Source: Diadema antillarum
Taxonomy: Eukaryota
Direction: 5' to 3'
Assembly: GCF_040938485.1 (NCBI RefSeq)
Contig: NW_027271258.1
Span: 372,001-436,000 of the forward strand
Length of the DNA: 64,000 nucleotides
Of the stretch, positions 23,158-36,359 are shown piece after piece. Made by a program: the position numbers and the translations under genes. Every line of letters starts with the position of its first letter. The first letter of the stretch is position 1. The notes under the pieces were generated by a model, which saw only the letters and a program-made list of their open reading frames with translations, searched no databases and was not told the origin of the DNA.

Positions 23158-24759
23158 GAAACTCTAGGAAACTGAAGGCAATGATTGTATCATTTCTCTC
23201 AATGATACAACTTCCTCTCTTTCACTGGTTGTTGTCCCTGATAATGCATCTGATGTTGCTAAATGCAGTAAAATTGATAACAAAGACTATATGGGCCTAC
23301 TTAAACTGCTGCTTCTTCATCTATACCATCCGTAATATCAGTCCTGCTAACCGAACTGTTTCCACTGCTGTTACTATGCNNNNNNNNNNNNNNNNNNNNN
23401 NNNNNNNNNNNNNNNNNNNNNNNNNNNNNNNNNNNNNNNNNNNNNNNNNNNNNNNNNNNNNNNNNNNNNNNNNNNNNNNNNNNNNNNNNNNNNNNNNNNN
23501 NNNNNNNNNNNNNNNTATGACAACTGTTAATTCTCTTTCCACAACTACCACTACTATACGTATAACGGATATAGGAAATGTTGATTGATGAGAACTCCAC
23601 TTCAACAAACACCCTGTATTCCAAACATTGATTATCTTCGCCTGGCATTCTCCTTTATTTGCTATATTTTACAAAGACAGACAAAAAAAAAAATCATCAT
23701 GACTTCCTCTTTGCATCTTCAAGAAGCATATAGAACCTTGCCTGATAAACACGTTTCTATAGTGGAAACTGGAGTCGCATCGTTGCATGTGAATCGGAAT
23801 CCCCCGGACAATAATATGAGCAGGGGGGCATTGAAGTTTCTAATGGCCATGACGTCGTGCGGTTTTAATGAAGCCATAAACGCATGGAGGAACTACATTG
23901 TCATTACTTCCTAAATACGGAATAAAATTTCAGAACAGAAGCACGTAGCTGTGACTGATAGGAATTACGACGTTGGTGCTAAAAACAGAACAGAAAGGAG
24001 ATTTAATGACACTTTGATTGATTAGGAAGAGAGAGAGAGAGAGGCCCCCAAATCAGACTGAGTGTGCACGCTGTGAGGCTAGCAATGGGATGAGAACAAA
24101 ACTGAAAATCGTTGCCATATACAACTCAAGACAGGATGGAACAGCAAAGATAACAAGAAAAATAAGAGACATCAGTGAAATCAAGTCATGATCATATACC
24201 GCAGGAACAACTGAAACAACTATGCCGTTTGTAGTCTGAAATACAGGATGCAGCGACTTATCTGAAGATGTAACATACTGACCCTTTGTCTTCAGCTACA
24301 AATTGATAAATTTCAAGCAGTATTTTGATCTGTACCATGCCCGTCCAATGAGGAAAAACATTATTAATTCATACATTCAGCAATCACTCCAGCTTAGACA
24401 CTAAAGTATCGTCACATTTAGGTAGGTACAGTGTGTAACCACTTCCTCACTTTATTATACTCTCTTTTGATATACCCCAACTTAACATTTACATCACATT
24501 AAAATGTGAGAGTGCACGTATGTGAATTTAATGTACATGTATATAATTATAAGTGGTGTGTGTGTGTGTGTATGTGTGTGTGTCTGTGTGTGTCTGTGTG
24601 AATGACCGGAAAGGAATCATGATCAACTCGAAAATACTGACATTCTACGTCTTTACCATGCCAATGTAAGGTCATTTCAAATAAGCTTAAAGTATGAAAA
24701 CATTAATTTCTTTCTGATCGTCACATCTAAAATATTCTAATATCAGGTAGTAAACTGTA

Positions 24760-27200
24760 GACTTACACTTGCTCGTGAATTTGTTGGGACAATATCCTGT
24801 CTTGTGGATATTGCCGATCACGAGGATGAGGTCTTTCCTTCCCACCTCCAAACATCACTGAAGATGCAGAGAACATCTTTACTTCTCGAATTCATCTAGA
24901 CAGGGAAGCTGCCGGTGATGTTCTTTGTGTCGAACAGAGGTATTTTTTGACCATTCAGCAATTCAATACCATCTTCTCATCAGGAGAGCGCTTGCTCGAC
25001 AACACTTCCCGGCAAACTTCCAGCTTACTCTAGGAGTGTTACCTGTAAATGATCTTCCGCAAAAATCCATTCCGAAGCATCGTCAAACTTGTGACCCTAT
25101 AACCCACCTGTTCGGAGTGTGTCTGGTGATTATCATCCGTGAAGTCCTCATCAGCTTTGCGGGTGGGAAGTTCGGGAGGGCCGGAATACAGTACCACATA
25201 ATAAACACAGAGGGCATAGAGTTTAAAAAGTTCACGAGAAGCATGTTCGCAGATACTAGTAGATGGAAAGTTAGTCTAACCCCCTCTGTTTTCAGAGCCA
25301 AAGAGCCGGGGACAAATTCCTCCTTGGTCCACCAAACGACAACAGGTTGTGCCATCTCCCATTTTTACCTAGAAGTCACTGGGAACCTGTCCAAAGGGAG
25401 TGACCCTCACAAGCTCCCCTCCTCCCCCCACCCCCCCCCCCCCCCAGGAAAGAACGACGCGACTTCTTCTGACCAAAAGTACGAGGGCTTTCTTTTTGTT
25501 TTCAAAACCTGGCACACAAGTTCCGTCACGTCCGCAAGCAAGCAAGTAAGAAATAAATGAGTTCTGACTAAGCACTGACGCTTGAAACCAAGTTTGCTAA
25601 GGCTCTGCCTGTATCACGGGTATAACAGTTGTCGGTTGGGAGCTTGGCCACGGAGTCCAGCCACATGAATGAAGAGCTCGTCTAGATGATGTCGTGTCTG
25701 CTTTCCACTCGAGACGCCTCCGATTAAACGACCAATGAGATCAGCTGTGAAAGGCATCGTGTATTCATCAGTCATTGGTCATTGATATCATCCTCAATGC
25801 CCTCCCCTTTATCAGGAGACAAATGCCTCTTTCCTCAGCTGTTCCAAGGTAAGGATGTAAATATGGAGATCCAGTTCGTGAGCGTTCCACAACTGATTGA
25901 CTCGTGGAAAAGCTTCCATTTTGTTACTTAAGGACAGGGTACAAATCAGGTGACGTTGTCCATCCCACAACCACCCGGGAAAAAGGGTCAATGACACCTC
26001 CAGAACCCCATTGGTTTGACCCAGGTGACTAGCGATACTAAGTTAAGCACATAGATAGGGCTTGGCGTGCCATATAGGAACAAAGGGAAGACCAGGAACA
26101 GCTGATGACTTCCACTCTTGTCACCGACGCCGCGTAGCCCTGAAATGCTGTAAGTGCTCTAGCCATTTCTTCAAGTCGTCACTCGCATTCAACTGTCGAC
26201 AAAATTTCTAAGTGGATCAGTGCACCTCCCTTGTTGAAAGTAGATCAGCAGTGAATGATTAGGGTGTGGATAGCACCTCTTTGCAGTCGTGCAGGCCAAC
26301 AGGTTTATACCTGCAGTGCACTTTCCCAGCAATACTCTTCTCACTATAGTTACCAGTCATGTACACTTGTACAAGACAGGACCCGTCGCTGCGTTTTTGA
26401 AAGTGGGGGGAGGGGGAGGCAGTTTTCGTATATATTTCTGGTGCCACTTCCGTGTTTAATCAGCTGACAAGGAAAACAAGTCTTAACCACATTTTTCTAG
26501 TGCCACTTCCGGGGTTTTAGAAAAAGTATGGAGGCCCAAGTGGTCAGACCCTATGTATTCCTATGTATCATACAAACAGGGGGTCCGAGCCCCCCCCCCC
26601 CCCCCGCGACTGCACTGCAAGAACCAATGACAATGACGAGACCATGCTCGTGATCGAGTCTAATCAAGGAGGAACTAGACGAGTACCTCCTTGGTCTATA
26701 TGGAACACTTTCCATGAGATACTAGGCGAGGACGTACCTCCTACCAAAGTAGGTCTAATGGACCACTTTCCATGACAAACTTGATGGAAGGAGGAGGCCG
26801 CCTCCCTAGTAACGGAGGTTTCATCTGCAATCGACACCTATTTTCAAATGCATCACGTTGCTAGCTTTGATTAATCGTTCCTAGAAACTTAGGATCACAA
26901 CGCTGTCTGTCCACCGGTTTGGTCATCATCATTTTCCATTGATATGGCATCAACTTGGACCCATTGTCTCTACAGCGAGGTGTTTCCATGGAAACGGTTG
27001 GTGGACCACTGCTTTCTGTGCTTCACTGAGCCACTGGATGAGCCTATACTCACCATGCTCACGGACACAACATGGGATATTGCGCAGGTGGAGATGACAC
27101 ATGACACATTCAGGTTCAGGTTCATTAATCAGAGGAAGAAGTTCCTTTGCAATCATCACACTCCTGGAGGCGTCTTTTCCAGATTTCGGAAGTGGATGCC
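24760..27200. mobile_element. Decayed coding-like segment, probably an old transposon remnant (unclassified)
   Basis: More balanced base composition, few microsatellites, and the longest ORF in the window (24925-25560, 211 aa, no recognisable domain). All frames are broken by stops. Only faint DIRS/Ngaro-like peptide resemblances. Confidence 0.3.
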
Positions 27201-27224
27201 AACCAATTACTTCAACTTAAAAGG

Positions 27225-27310
27225 AAACCTTGTTCTTTCAGCATCCGGCCCATCCCTGTGGAGCACAATTCCCTCAAGTATTCATCATCAGGCATCATTT
27301 CATTGAGTCA
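27225..27310 (+). mobile_element. LINE ORF2 C-terminal fragment (L2/Crack/CR1-group style)
   Basis: Translates LSASGPSLWSTIPSSI, resembling the F-S-x-x-G-P-x-L-W-N-x-L-P-x-x-I motif at the end of L2/Crack-type ORF2. Confidence 0.45.
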
Positions 27311-30300
27311 AGAGCCAGATTAACCCCCCCCCCCCAAGATGCCCTGACTCTGATACAAATTTCTTGTTTCTTTCTATGCTACTGCAGCATCGTATGAAAT
27401 TTATGCCTACTATTTTCTTAACTGGCTGCAGGAATCTAGATGTGCAGTGAATGAATGATGTGAAGTTCTTTCATCATCAATTTTGCAGTTCACAATGGGC
27501 CAGCAAGTATGTCGTAAATATGACACAAGTAAACACTAATGAAAGACCCTTCAAGGAGTCTTTAGAATCATCTTGTACTTAAAGCTGTAAAAGGTTGTAC
27601 TCTGCCGAATATCACCCCATCCCCATTTTTGTTTGCTTGAGTTTAAGCCCTGAAATATAGTAAGGGATAAGGAATAACCTTGCTTGCCTTCTGGAAGAAC
27701 CCCAAAATAAGTACACAAACGAATCCATGTGGATTCTTTCAATTTGTTCGCCATACTAGGTGATAATATGCAGCAGAGCTCCCTTGGTTTGCCGCGCAGA
27801 GGAAGAAATTGAAGATCGCTCTTTTGGCGCGCGCGCCGCGGGCGCACGTCAGGCGTGCCACGGCGAAGCAGGTATGAATATTGCACTCCCTGTTCGATTC
27901 GTTTTCTTCTTGCGACTTTATATTGTTGTTGGGTTGTTTTTTCCTCGAAAGAGGCCCTGTCACCTTCATGCTACGAGAAGCCAAAATTATATATATTTTT
28001 TATTTTCTATGTAGACGTACAATCCATGGGCCTTTGCAGTTACGAGCAAACTTTGTCGCGGGTACTTTACGCATTGGCACTGCGCCAATTAAATCCAGAG
28101 AGCAGAGAGCGTTAGGGCGTCTTTATAGAAAAAGTGATATGAATAGTCAGTGCACGAAACTTTGTGAGTGGTCCTGTGTATCAGTGCATACCTTTTACTG
28201 ATAGGATCCTACCTATGTTTACAAAGTATCATTAAATGTCAATTTGTATAAAATATGAGAAAATACTACAATATTCTTCGAAAACGACACGGAACTCTAA
28301 AAACATATATGCCAAGAGTGAGACAATGTAACGAAATTCGAGTATTGTCTCACATAGCTTTTCATACTTCCCTAGCTGTCCTTTCTCTCTGGCGAGGTCC
28401 GATAACAATTATTTCCTCGAACGAGGAGGGGAGCGCTCGCGAAATACCGATTCTCAACGATCGATACTCATTTTATTTGCTGGCGAGAGAAATACGTTCG
28501 ACTTTCAACGCACACATTTTGCGCGCGCTCGTGTTACGTAGCCGCGAGCGCCAATGCAGTTTCGATTGTGCAAGATGGTGCAGCGGGACTGCCAAGGCAT
28601 GGCCTCTCTTTGCTGCAGGGATCCAACCCATTCCCAAATTTCCAGCATGTCATGCATGCAAAATCGAAGACGAGGCTAATATTATCCCTTGATATTTTTT
28701 CCCCTCCTTCGTCTCAGGCAGGCAGAACTGAGCCAGGTCGGGGTGCAAGGAGCCGGGAAAACAGGGACAATCGGTGCAGGTTTAATTTAGGTGGTGTCCC
28801 GTTGCGCGACAATCGTGACATGCGACACGCGACTGGGCAGCTGAGACTAACTCCGATTTAATGACGGGCCCGGGAAAACATCACTCTTTTTGATTGATGA
28901 CGACACACGACTGGTCGATTGTTAATACACTCGCCATGAAATGAGAGATCCTCATTATTTACCACATTCTGCAATCACACCAAAAGTAATTAAGTTGACG
29001 GGTTTGTAAAGGCTATGAAAACAGTGGGCCGGTCGGCAATAACGTACCGACATCGTAAATATTGCAAAAATTATAAGTGCTAGCGTGGCATACCCGATAT
29101 CCCAACGCCAATAACGAATTCATTAGTTGCCATCTCGTAAGATAGTATCAACTAAAACTTGTCGATCCTACTTCTTTTTCTTTTCTTGTTCCCTACGTCG
29201 CATGTTTGGCCAACTTGCCCCAACTGTCAGCCCAACTTAACGAAGGTATTGCCGATGCTGGATTCATCAAATGAAAGAAGAAGGAGAAAGACATCTCGCA
29301 CTGGTACAGACTCATCAGTATAGGGAGATGGTCGGCGGTTGAGTAGGATACGCGTGACTCCACTGTAAAATGACACTGGTGAACGCACACACACGTGATA
29401 CGGAGAGGAGAGGGCTACATTCCCCATCCAATATTACTGAGAGGATGCAAGGGGGTCTTTTCCTCCCCTCATATCCCCGCTCCTCTCTCGCCTTCTCTCC
29501 AGTCTCCCTCTTTCTCTCTCCCATTCTCTACCTCCTTCTTTTCCGAAGACAGCTGGGTCCAGACATCGATCCAGGAAATTAAGAGTGCTTCAAGAAAAAC
29601 CCCGACTTCATATCACTCGCCATTATTACCTCTCCCCGTATTCAGCCAACGTACACAGATCATTCAATTATCTCTGTCTTCTTTTCGCTGTCTCCCCACC
29701 CTTCATTTCAGCAACCAGCAGAGTTTGCTCTTAAGTTGATTACGAATGTATATGGAAATTAAGGTCTTGACAGGGGACACGATGTACTCCGGCTCCTCAT
29801 CCTTGTATTTTGTTCCTCTTCCCCTTCATTTGCTTTCCGTCGTGTTAATTTCATTTTTTTTTCTTCTCAGGCCTTCTTCCCTGGAATGAAAACACTTCTC
29901 GAGATTATTCTTTTGAGTTTAACTAACTTACGTGTTGAAACGACGACATCCAATCAACTAAAAAATAAAGAGGGAACAGAAGGTAAATTTGAATAAAGCA
30001 AAAAGGGTGGGCAATTAATGAGTTGGACGATTGCCTGCCATGCTCAGATGTTTCGTGACTTTTTTACATGGATGTTCTAACAGGATGAAAAGAGAGGGGG
30101 AAAGGGGGGGGGGGTGTAGTAATCATCATTCTTGCCTTTGCCTTGGGTTCAATGTACCGTTTTTTTCGTAGAACGTTAAAACTAGACTTCCGTTGAAGCT
30201 GAATCAAACACGTATTGCAGGTACCAAAAAAGATAAAAATAAAAATCTTATGTAAGCACTCCAAAGTCACAGTTGGGTGGACTCTGTGTTCGAATGAAAA

Positions 30301-30940
30301 CGACAGACAGATCATGACAGTAGCGTTCACCTTGGTACCTCACAAAATCACCTTGAGTGAACAAAATCTGGCCATGCCCTCAAAAGATTGCTGTGTTTAA
30401 AAATATGCCCTGTAGTGATCAAGCTTTGCACTAGAAAATTTGAATTGACATCTTTTTGCAACCTAAACAATGGACTGAATTGTCACTCTGTATCTCAAAA
30501 TAACCAAAACAATAAGAAAAAAATGGAAGAAAATACGCATTCACATATAAGGAAGTGTGTCATGTACCGCAACTAATGTAAAATGCCTTTTTGTCTTTAT
30601 TCGAATTTCCTTTGATGAATTTAAAATCATATTCACAGGGAACAAGTACACACACACACGTACATACATACACACACGCGCGCACAAATGCAGCTAGTAT
30701 TCCAATCACTTATGCTGCTTGATCACATGAATTTGTACATGCAAAGGGTAATGTAAATAAATCTTACCCCCCCCCCCAAAAAAAAAGAGAGTGTTATACA
30801 AAGACCTGCAACCATGTACACAATAAACTGTTCATCTTGATCCTCTTGATCAAACGCATTAATGCTGCTTGATGATAAGAAAATGCAGTTTTCTTTTTTT
30901 TAATGAGGACTGCAAAGAAGTAATGAATGTCTGTTACTAT

Positions 30941-31057
30941 ACAAATGATGCACAGGATAGAGTGCGTTTTCGCCTCGTGCATGTTTCACAATTGTAAATA
31001 CCCTCGAGTGCACTACGCCTACACTAACGCCACGAAATAATCCTGTGCATCATTTGT
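30941..31057. repeat. Inverted-repeat unit of an interspersed foldback family, copy 1
   Basis: Perfect 17-bp IR acaaatgatgcacagga (30941-30957) / tcctgtgcatcatttgt (31041-31057). The same arms occur at 34884-35050. Confidence 0.7.
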
Positions 31058-33259
31058 TTTATAAAATGGGTCGAAAATTCGAAAACTAACATCATTTTTC
31101 AGCGTTTTTCACGTACCTTTGTGGGTCAAGACGTCCGAAGATGTTCGTCCCAAACTTTTACGCACGTCGCACTCGCGGAAGTCCCGCACATACAGTATAA
31201 GTATAAATGGGGGGTTGGGTTTCCGGACACCCGCATGAAAACTTACTTATTTTACATAGAATATGCACCCTTTACCTTAAAGACTTGATATAGACTCCTC
31301 ATATAGGCCTACTAGACAACATACTCTGAAAACGGCGTGAGAATTAACCTGCTAAATCGTTGGATTTGCTCTTCAAAGTGACTCCATGTACGCGTCCGGT
31401 CCCATAACGCTTGGTCTACTGTACTGTACAAAGTGTACGTATAGTACAGTATACGTACGTACGCCACATATGTTATGCACAAGGGAAGACAGCCCGGCCG
31501 GCCGGCAGCCCGAACTAGAAGTTGTTTACAGGATTGACAGCGCGTACGCGTATGCATGCAATTCATCAAAGGAGCCGCCGCGCGCACAGACGATCGGCAA
31601 TCTACCATAGGATTACAGGCAGTGCAGTTGTACTGAAGTAAAGGAAGGAGGTGTGTCTCATTTCAGCGCTTCCTATTGGCTACATTCTTGAACCCATTTT
31701 ATAATAAATTTTAACGTATATGAGCGTTTCCTCAACTTTATCTCCAAAACACAATCATCATCTTGCGACCAATGAAACTCGTGAGCATGCAATGTTTTGC
31801 TGATATATAGATGAACAAAGTTAGTTAAAGGGATGATTCGGTTTTTCTTCCTTGGAGTGTTATTTCATCGTATTGTGTTAAGGTAACGCAGGACCAGATC
31901 TTCGCATTGTCAGATAGAAAATTCATTCGGAGGATCACCCTCTCGCTGTAATTGCCTTATCCAGGTCAACGGCAAGCCTTCTCCTCATCCCGGGATAAAA
32001 ACGGATATGAATTTGACTGTGTAAACATAATAGGCGTCTCATCTTGCCCGTTTAACTTTCTCTGATTCGAATTCTTCCATCGAGTGTGAAAAAAGCAGAA
32101 CATGTAATAAACACATTTACTGCTTCGGTAATTAAGAGTCGCCTTGGCTCTATGAAAAGCGAAGTAGATCCGGGGTCTTTTCTTTGTGTCTCCAACGTAA
32201 ACCGAGCCACTGGCGGCAACTGGTCGAGGAGAAAACGGTAAAATGACCCCGACTTGATACCCACCCCTCTGGCTCGTCCTCTCTGGTTCCTCGTTCCGCC
32301 CCTTTGCTCCAAACTTTTGGCGGCAACCAAAGAGTAGTCATGATACAATAATTGACGTTACGTCAATCAAACGATTATCATATTACTTCTTGGCCTTGAG
32401 CGTCAAACTACATTATTAATACTGCACTGTCCATTTCAGTTAATGCTGTCTGTCACTGGTAAACCTACCGTCCAAACTGCTGCATTCGCCATTGGTCTTA
32501 CATTCCTAAAGTTGCAGTGAAGCTGTAAAATTACTCCATAAATATCGCTTTGTATTATCAATTGATATAAAATGGAGTCAACAGAGGCCTTGTCTAGATA
32601 TCAACTGATATAATGAAAAGATATTTTGGATGAGGTATGTGAAGAATTTCAAACCGATCATCAAAAGAATGTGTATGAGGACGCGTAAGCAATCGATACT
32701 AAGATATAAAAGTTTTCAAACACATATATCCATATCTTGCACAATTCCCTAGCAGCCTAAGACTCCTTTTAACCAGCTTTGGTTCGCATGCTAGCACATC
32801 TATTGGTTTTGTTTTGTTGAATTTGCTGCAGATCAATCACGACACCAAATCATGAGACTTGTATGTTATACTTTAATATAGGCCTACCAATTTGCTTAAG
32901 TAGATGTATAAGACTAAAAAATAAAATCTTTAGAAGGTTGCATGCACTCGGGTGTAACTCGGTGAAAAAGCACCGTTCTAGTAATTGACTGTCCTGCTTA
33001 AAATCATCCAGGAACATGTTAATCTTAATCAACAGTGGTGGAGTTATGTGTGAATGAATGCAAAAAAAAACAACAACAACAACAATTATGTTTTAAAAAA
33101 ATCAAAGTTTTGAAAACAACAACAACAACAACAACAAAAGTTGAATGTAGAATCACAGTGCATCTTCTTTTTTGTGCCATACAGCAACATGATTAAATTA
33201 TTTTGAAAAAGATTTTTCGTAAAATGCTAAATCTTCATGCTCTTATTTTGAAATGGCCT

Positions 33260-33431
33260 ATAGTAATATGGGGTTTTAGTCACACTGATGTGGTTCATAC
33301 TTGCGAAGCATTAAGGTTGATTGAATCTGTATATAAATAATGCGTCATAGTGATATGGGGTTTTAGTCACACTGATGTGGTTCATACTTGCGAAGCATTA
33401 AGGTTGATTGAATCTGTATATAAATAATGCG
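33260..33431. repeat. Tandem duplication, two copies of an 87-bp unit
   Basis: atagt(a/g)atatggggttttagtcacactg...gtatataaataatgcg starts at 33260 and 33347; one substitution over the shared length. Confidence 0.95.
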
Positions 33432-34323
33432 GTTGTTTTTTTTTTCATAATTATTGTGAGCGCGATGGAATTTTTATGAGCTCCTTGTTGAAAATCCATT
33501 GCCACAGATCTCGTACCTCAACACTACTGAAGTTCGAGAAAATCTAGGTCTCTGCGTCTTGTGCGCAGACCATTATCTACTAGTTTTTGTTTTTTTCAAA
33601 TTGATAGATGAGATGATACGTCATTGCAAATATATTGTGTTTCAGTCTGTCCGTTCCATTATCGCCCTTTTTCTTTGATGGCCTCACACATAATGTATAT
33701 ATGATTTTCCTGTCACAACTGATTATAAAACATGGCAAATTCAAGAAACATCCCATAATACCATTCAGGAATCTGATTTTATGAGCTTGTCGTAGCTGTT
33801 GCCATGGTAGGCCATACGTAAACGATACCAAATCCACACTCCATATACACTTTTATCCACACTCTCATAAAGAATTTATCCTAATGGATGTTAAACGAAG
33901 CATTAGTACTGCTTGTGGATGATATTAGTTTTCGTAACAGTTACTATACAGTACAATGCCTCCTCTGTCGTTAGTTCCAAGAGCGGGCACGATGGTTGTG
34001 CTTTTCGTTTAAACACTGAAAAAATGATGTCCTTTCAGGTTACATTGGTGTCCTCCATACAATACGGACAATTTGAGGTTTAAATCCCTCTGGACCTTAT
34101 AATGGTCACGACAAGAATAAATGGTGTTATACTGCTCAATAATGTTGCTGAAATCTGATCAAAGTTTCCTTGAGCGAGGATGCGCAACACTGCTGGTTGT
34201 CGGGTGCTTCGACTGCAAGAAGTCATACAAACAGCTGAAGTTGAGACATTCTACAGTTCTAGATCAAGCGTCATGAGCGCCCTTCAAAGGTGGATACCAG
34301 CGCTATGCATCATCATTATTATC

Positions 34324-34354
<31 letters not shown>

Positions 34355-34883
34355 ATTGTATGAAATTTACATTTCTTTATGAAATTTCAAATACAATGGT
34401 GTACATTGTATGGCCAAAATTGCCCCTCATCAGAGTCTTGTTATCGATATGAAGTTAAAGAGGTTTCCCTCTCTTCGAAGGAATCACTGTAATAAAGTTG
34501 AAAAGAAGCTGGGTGAAGTGGTGGGAGATTCCTGGTAGGCGAAGCCATCTATTTTTCAGTTCCATCCTCAACCTCATTATATTCATCCTCATTAGCTTCA
34601 TCAAAAGCCATCATGTGCAGTTTTCCAGAGCTTTTTATCTATGGTATATTGGCAACATCGTACGATTCGTTGCCTAACAGTTTCATAAAGCTACTGTTTA
34701 GCAGCTGTACAAGTATACGTAACAGACAGACAGACACACGCACACGCATACTCACACACATACATACATGCATTGTATAGTCATAAATGTAATCATATTC
34801 GCATATAGGGAGTAATTTCTCCTTCAGAATATCTTCAGATATGATAGAATTTGAACTTTGATGCCGTAGAGCTTGTCCAGTGT

Positions 34884-35050
34884 ACAAATGATGCACAGGA
34901 CAGAGTGGATCGGTGAGAATTGGATGCGCGAGTTTAACTTTGGAACTGTTTAAACCCACGAGTGCAGCGAGTGGGTTTTAGATTGTTCAAAAGTTAAACG
35001 AGAGCATCATATTCTCACTGATCCACGAAATTGGCCTGTGCATCATTTGT
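34884..35050. repeat. Near-palindromic foldback unit, copy 2
   Basis: Perfect 16-bp outer IR (34884-34899 / 35035-35050), plus inner mirrored blocks gtggatcggtgagaat / attctcactgatccac and aaacccac / gtgggttt. Confidence 0.75.
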
Positions 35051-35137
35051 GTTATTAAATGGGCCCGTAAATTCATGAAATACAAGTATTTTCACCATTA
35101 TGCGTCCGATACACCTGCAACACTATACAAGACTTTA

Positions 35138-35197
35138 GCCATGCGTTGGGATTTTACCGGACGTATGGCCATGCGTTCGGATTTTACCGGAAGCATG
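35138..35197. repeat. Tandem duplication, 2 x 30 bp
   Basis: gccatgcgtt(g/c)ggattttaccgga(cgt/agc)atg repeated. Confidence 0.85.
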
Positions 35198-35435
35198 GCT
35201 CAGTGTCGATCAGTAAAAATTAGTGCATGACAATTGACCAATCAGATTGCAGAGATTCTCAAGCCCATTTTATAATCTATATTGTAGGACCCTTTGTAGT
35301 TTCACATCAGCTGTAGATAAACGATGCCAGTAAATCGTCGCCGACCACAACAAGTCCTTTTGCTCTGTCCTTTCCTCCAATGGTAGCTTCATGATGTCGA
35401 TGCCATGCAGACGTTTGGAAGTCATGGCACATTAA

Positions 35436-35817
35436 GAGGATCATACAGTTTGGGTTGAGACCTAATTTCAGGTTTCTAACATTTTTTGGTGAGATAATGA
35501 GAAACCTCTTATGAAATATGAAAGAGCATGTAATTCTATGAGGAATTCAACGTTTATTTGATGAAAATTGGTTTTGATATGGTTAAGATATCCAAAAAAG
35601 ATTGATTCTAATAAAGTGTGGGACCCACGCTTTATTTCGATCGCTTTGTTTTACTTTGTTTTTAGATGTTTCTGCCATTCCAAACGCGATTTTCATCAAA
35701 TAAACTTTAAATTCCTATCAAGATGGTATGCTCTGTACAATATCATAAGTGTTTTCTTGGTGTCTCACAAAAAGTTAAAAGCCCAATTCTCATCTCCACC
35801 AATACTGTACCATACCT
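35436..35817. mobile_element. Kolobok-like family C, copy 3
   Basis: ttaa|gaggatcatacagtttggg ... ccaatactgtaccatacct|ttaa; colinear with 10180-10570. Confidence 0.8.
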
Positions 35818-36293
35818 TTAAGGTTTGTTGTATTTCAAGGTCATGGAATATTCCATTTGCATGGGCATCATTTCAAGCATTAGTGGTGGACTGTTTTGTC
35901 TCAGCCATTCATCAGCAGATATTATCATATTGAAGGACTATTAAATGTCTTACAACGACTTTCACTCGGAAATATAAGTCCAAGGACCGTAAGCTACATA
36001 AGGAATGCGATAGATGAACATCACGATTAACGTTCTTTACAGTCAAATTCAACAGTTTTTGGAATCTTTGTCATGAAGTTTGTTATGAATCATTGAGATT
36101 GTTTATCAGGGCTGCAGTAAAAAAAAAAAAAAAAACACACGCTCTGTCATGTACATTTTTTCTCGTTTTATGTTTAGTTATGGGTTTAAAAAAATACTAT
36201 TGTCTCCCTGTCTGATTTCAGTTTACTAATGATATGTCGTTCTCTATCTTTGCAACTTATCCCTGTTTGTTTGTAGATGCGTTTGGCTGTGTG

Positions 36294-36294
<1 letters not shown>

Positions 36295-36358
<64 letters not shown>
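36295..36358. repeat. (CA)n microsatellite
   Basis: Direct reading. Confidence 0.95.

Positions 36359-36359
<1 letters not shown>

Noticed and set aside
24925-25560. 211-aa plus-strand ORF
   Set aside because: Non-ATG start in the sequence, no domain, includes a poly-C-derived proline run, and has no splice context. Treated as part of a decayed element.
25893-25904. Minus-strand RVNQLW, reminiscent of the Pax VNQLGG
   Set aside because: It continues W-N-A rather than G-G-V-F, and lies upstream of the candidate first exon.
28318-28353. 10-bp inverted repeat gtgagacaat / attgtctcac
   Set aside because: The 36-nt hairpin is too short for a pre-miRNA and within chance expectation.
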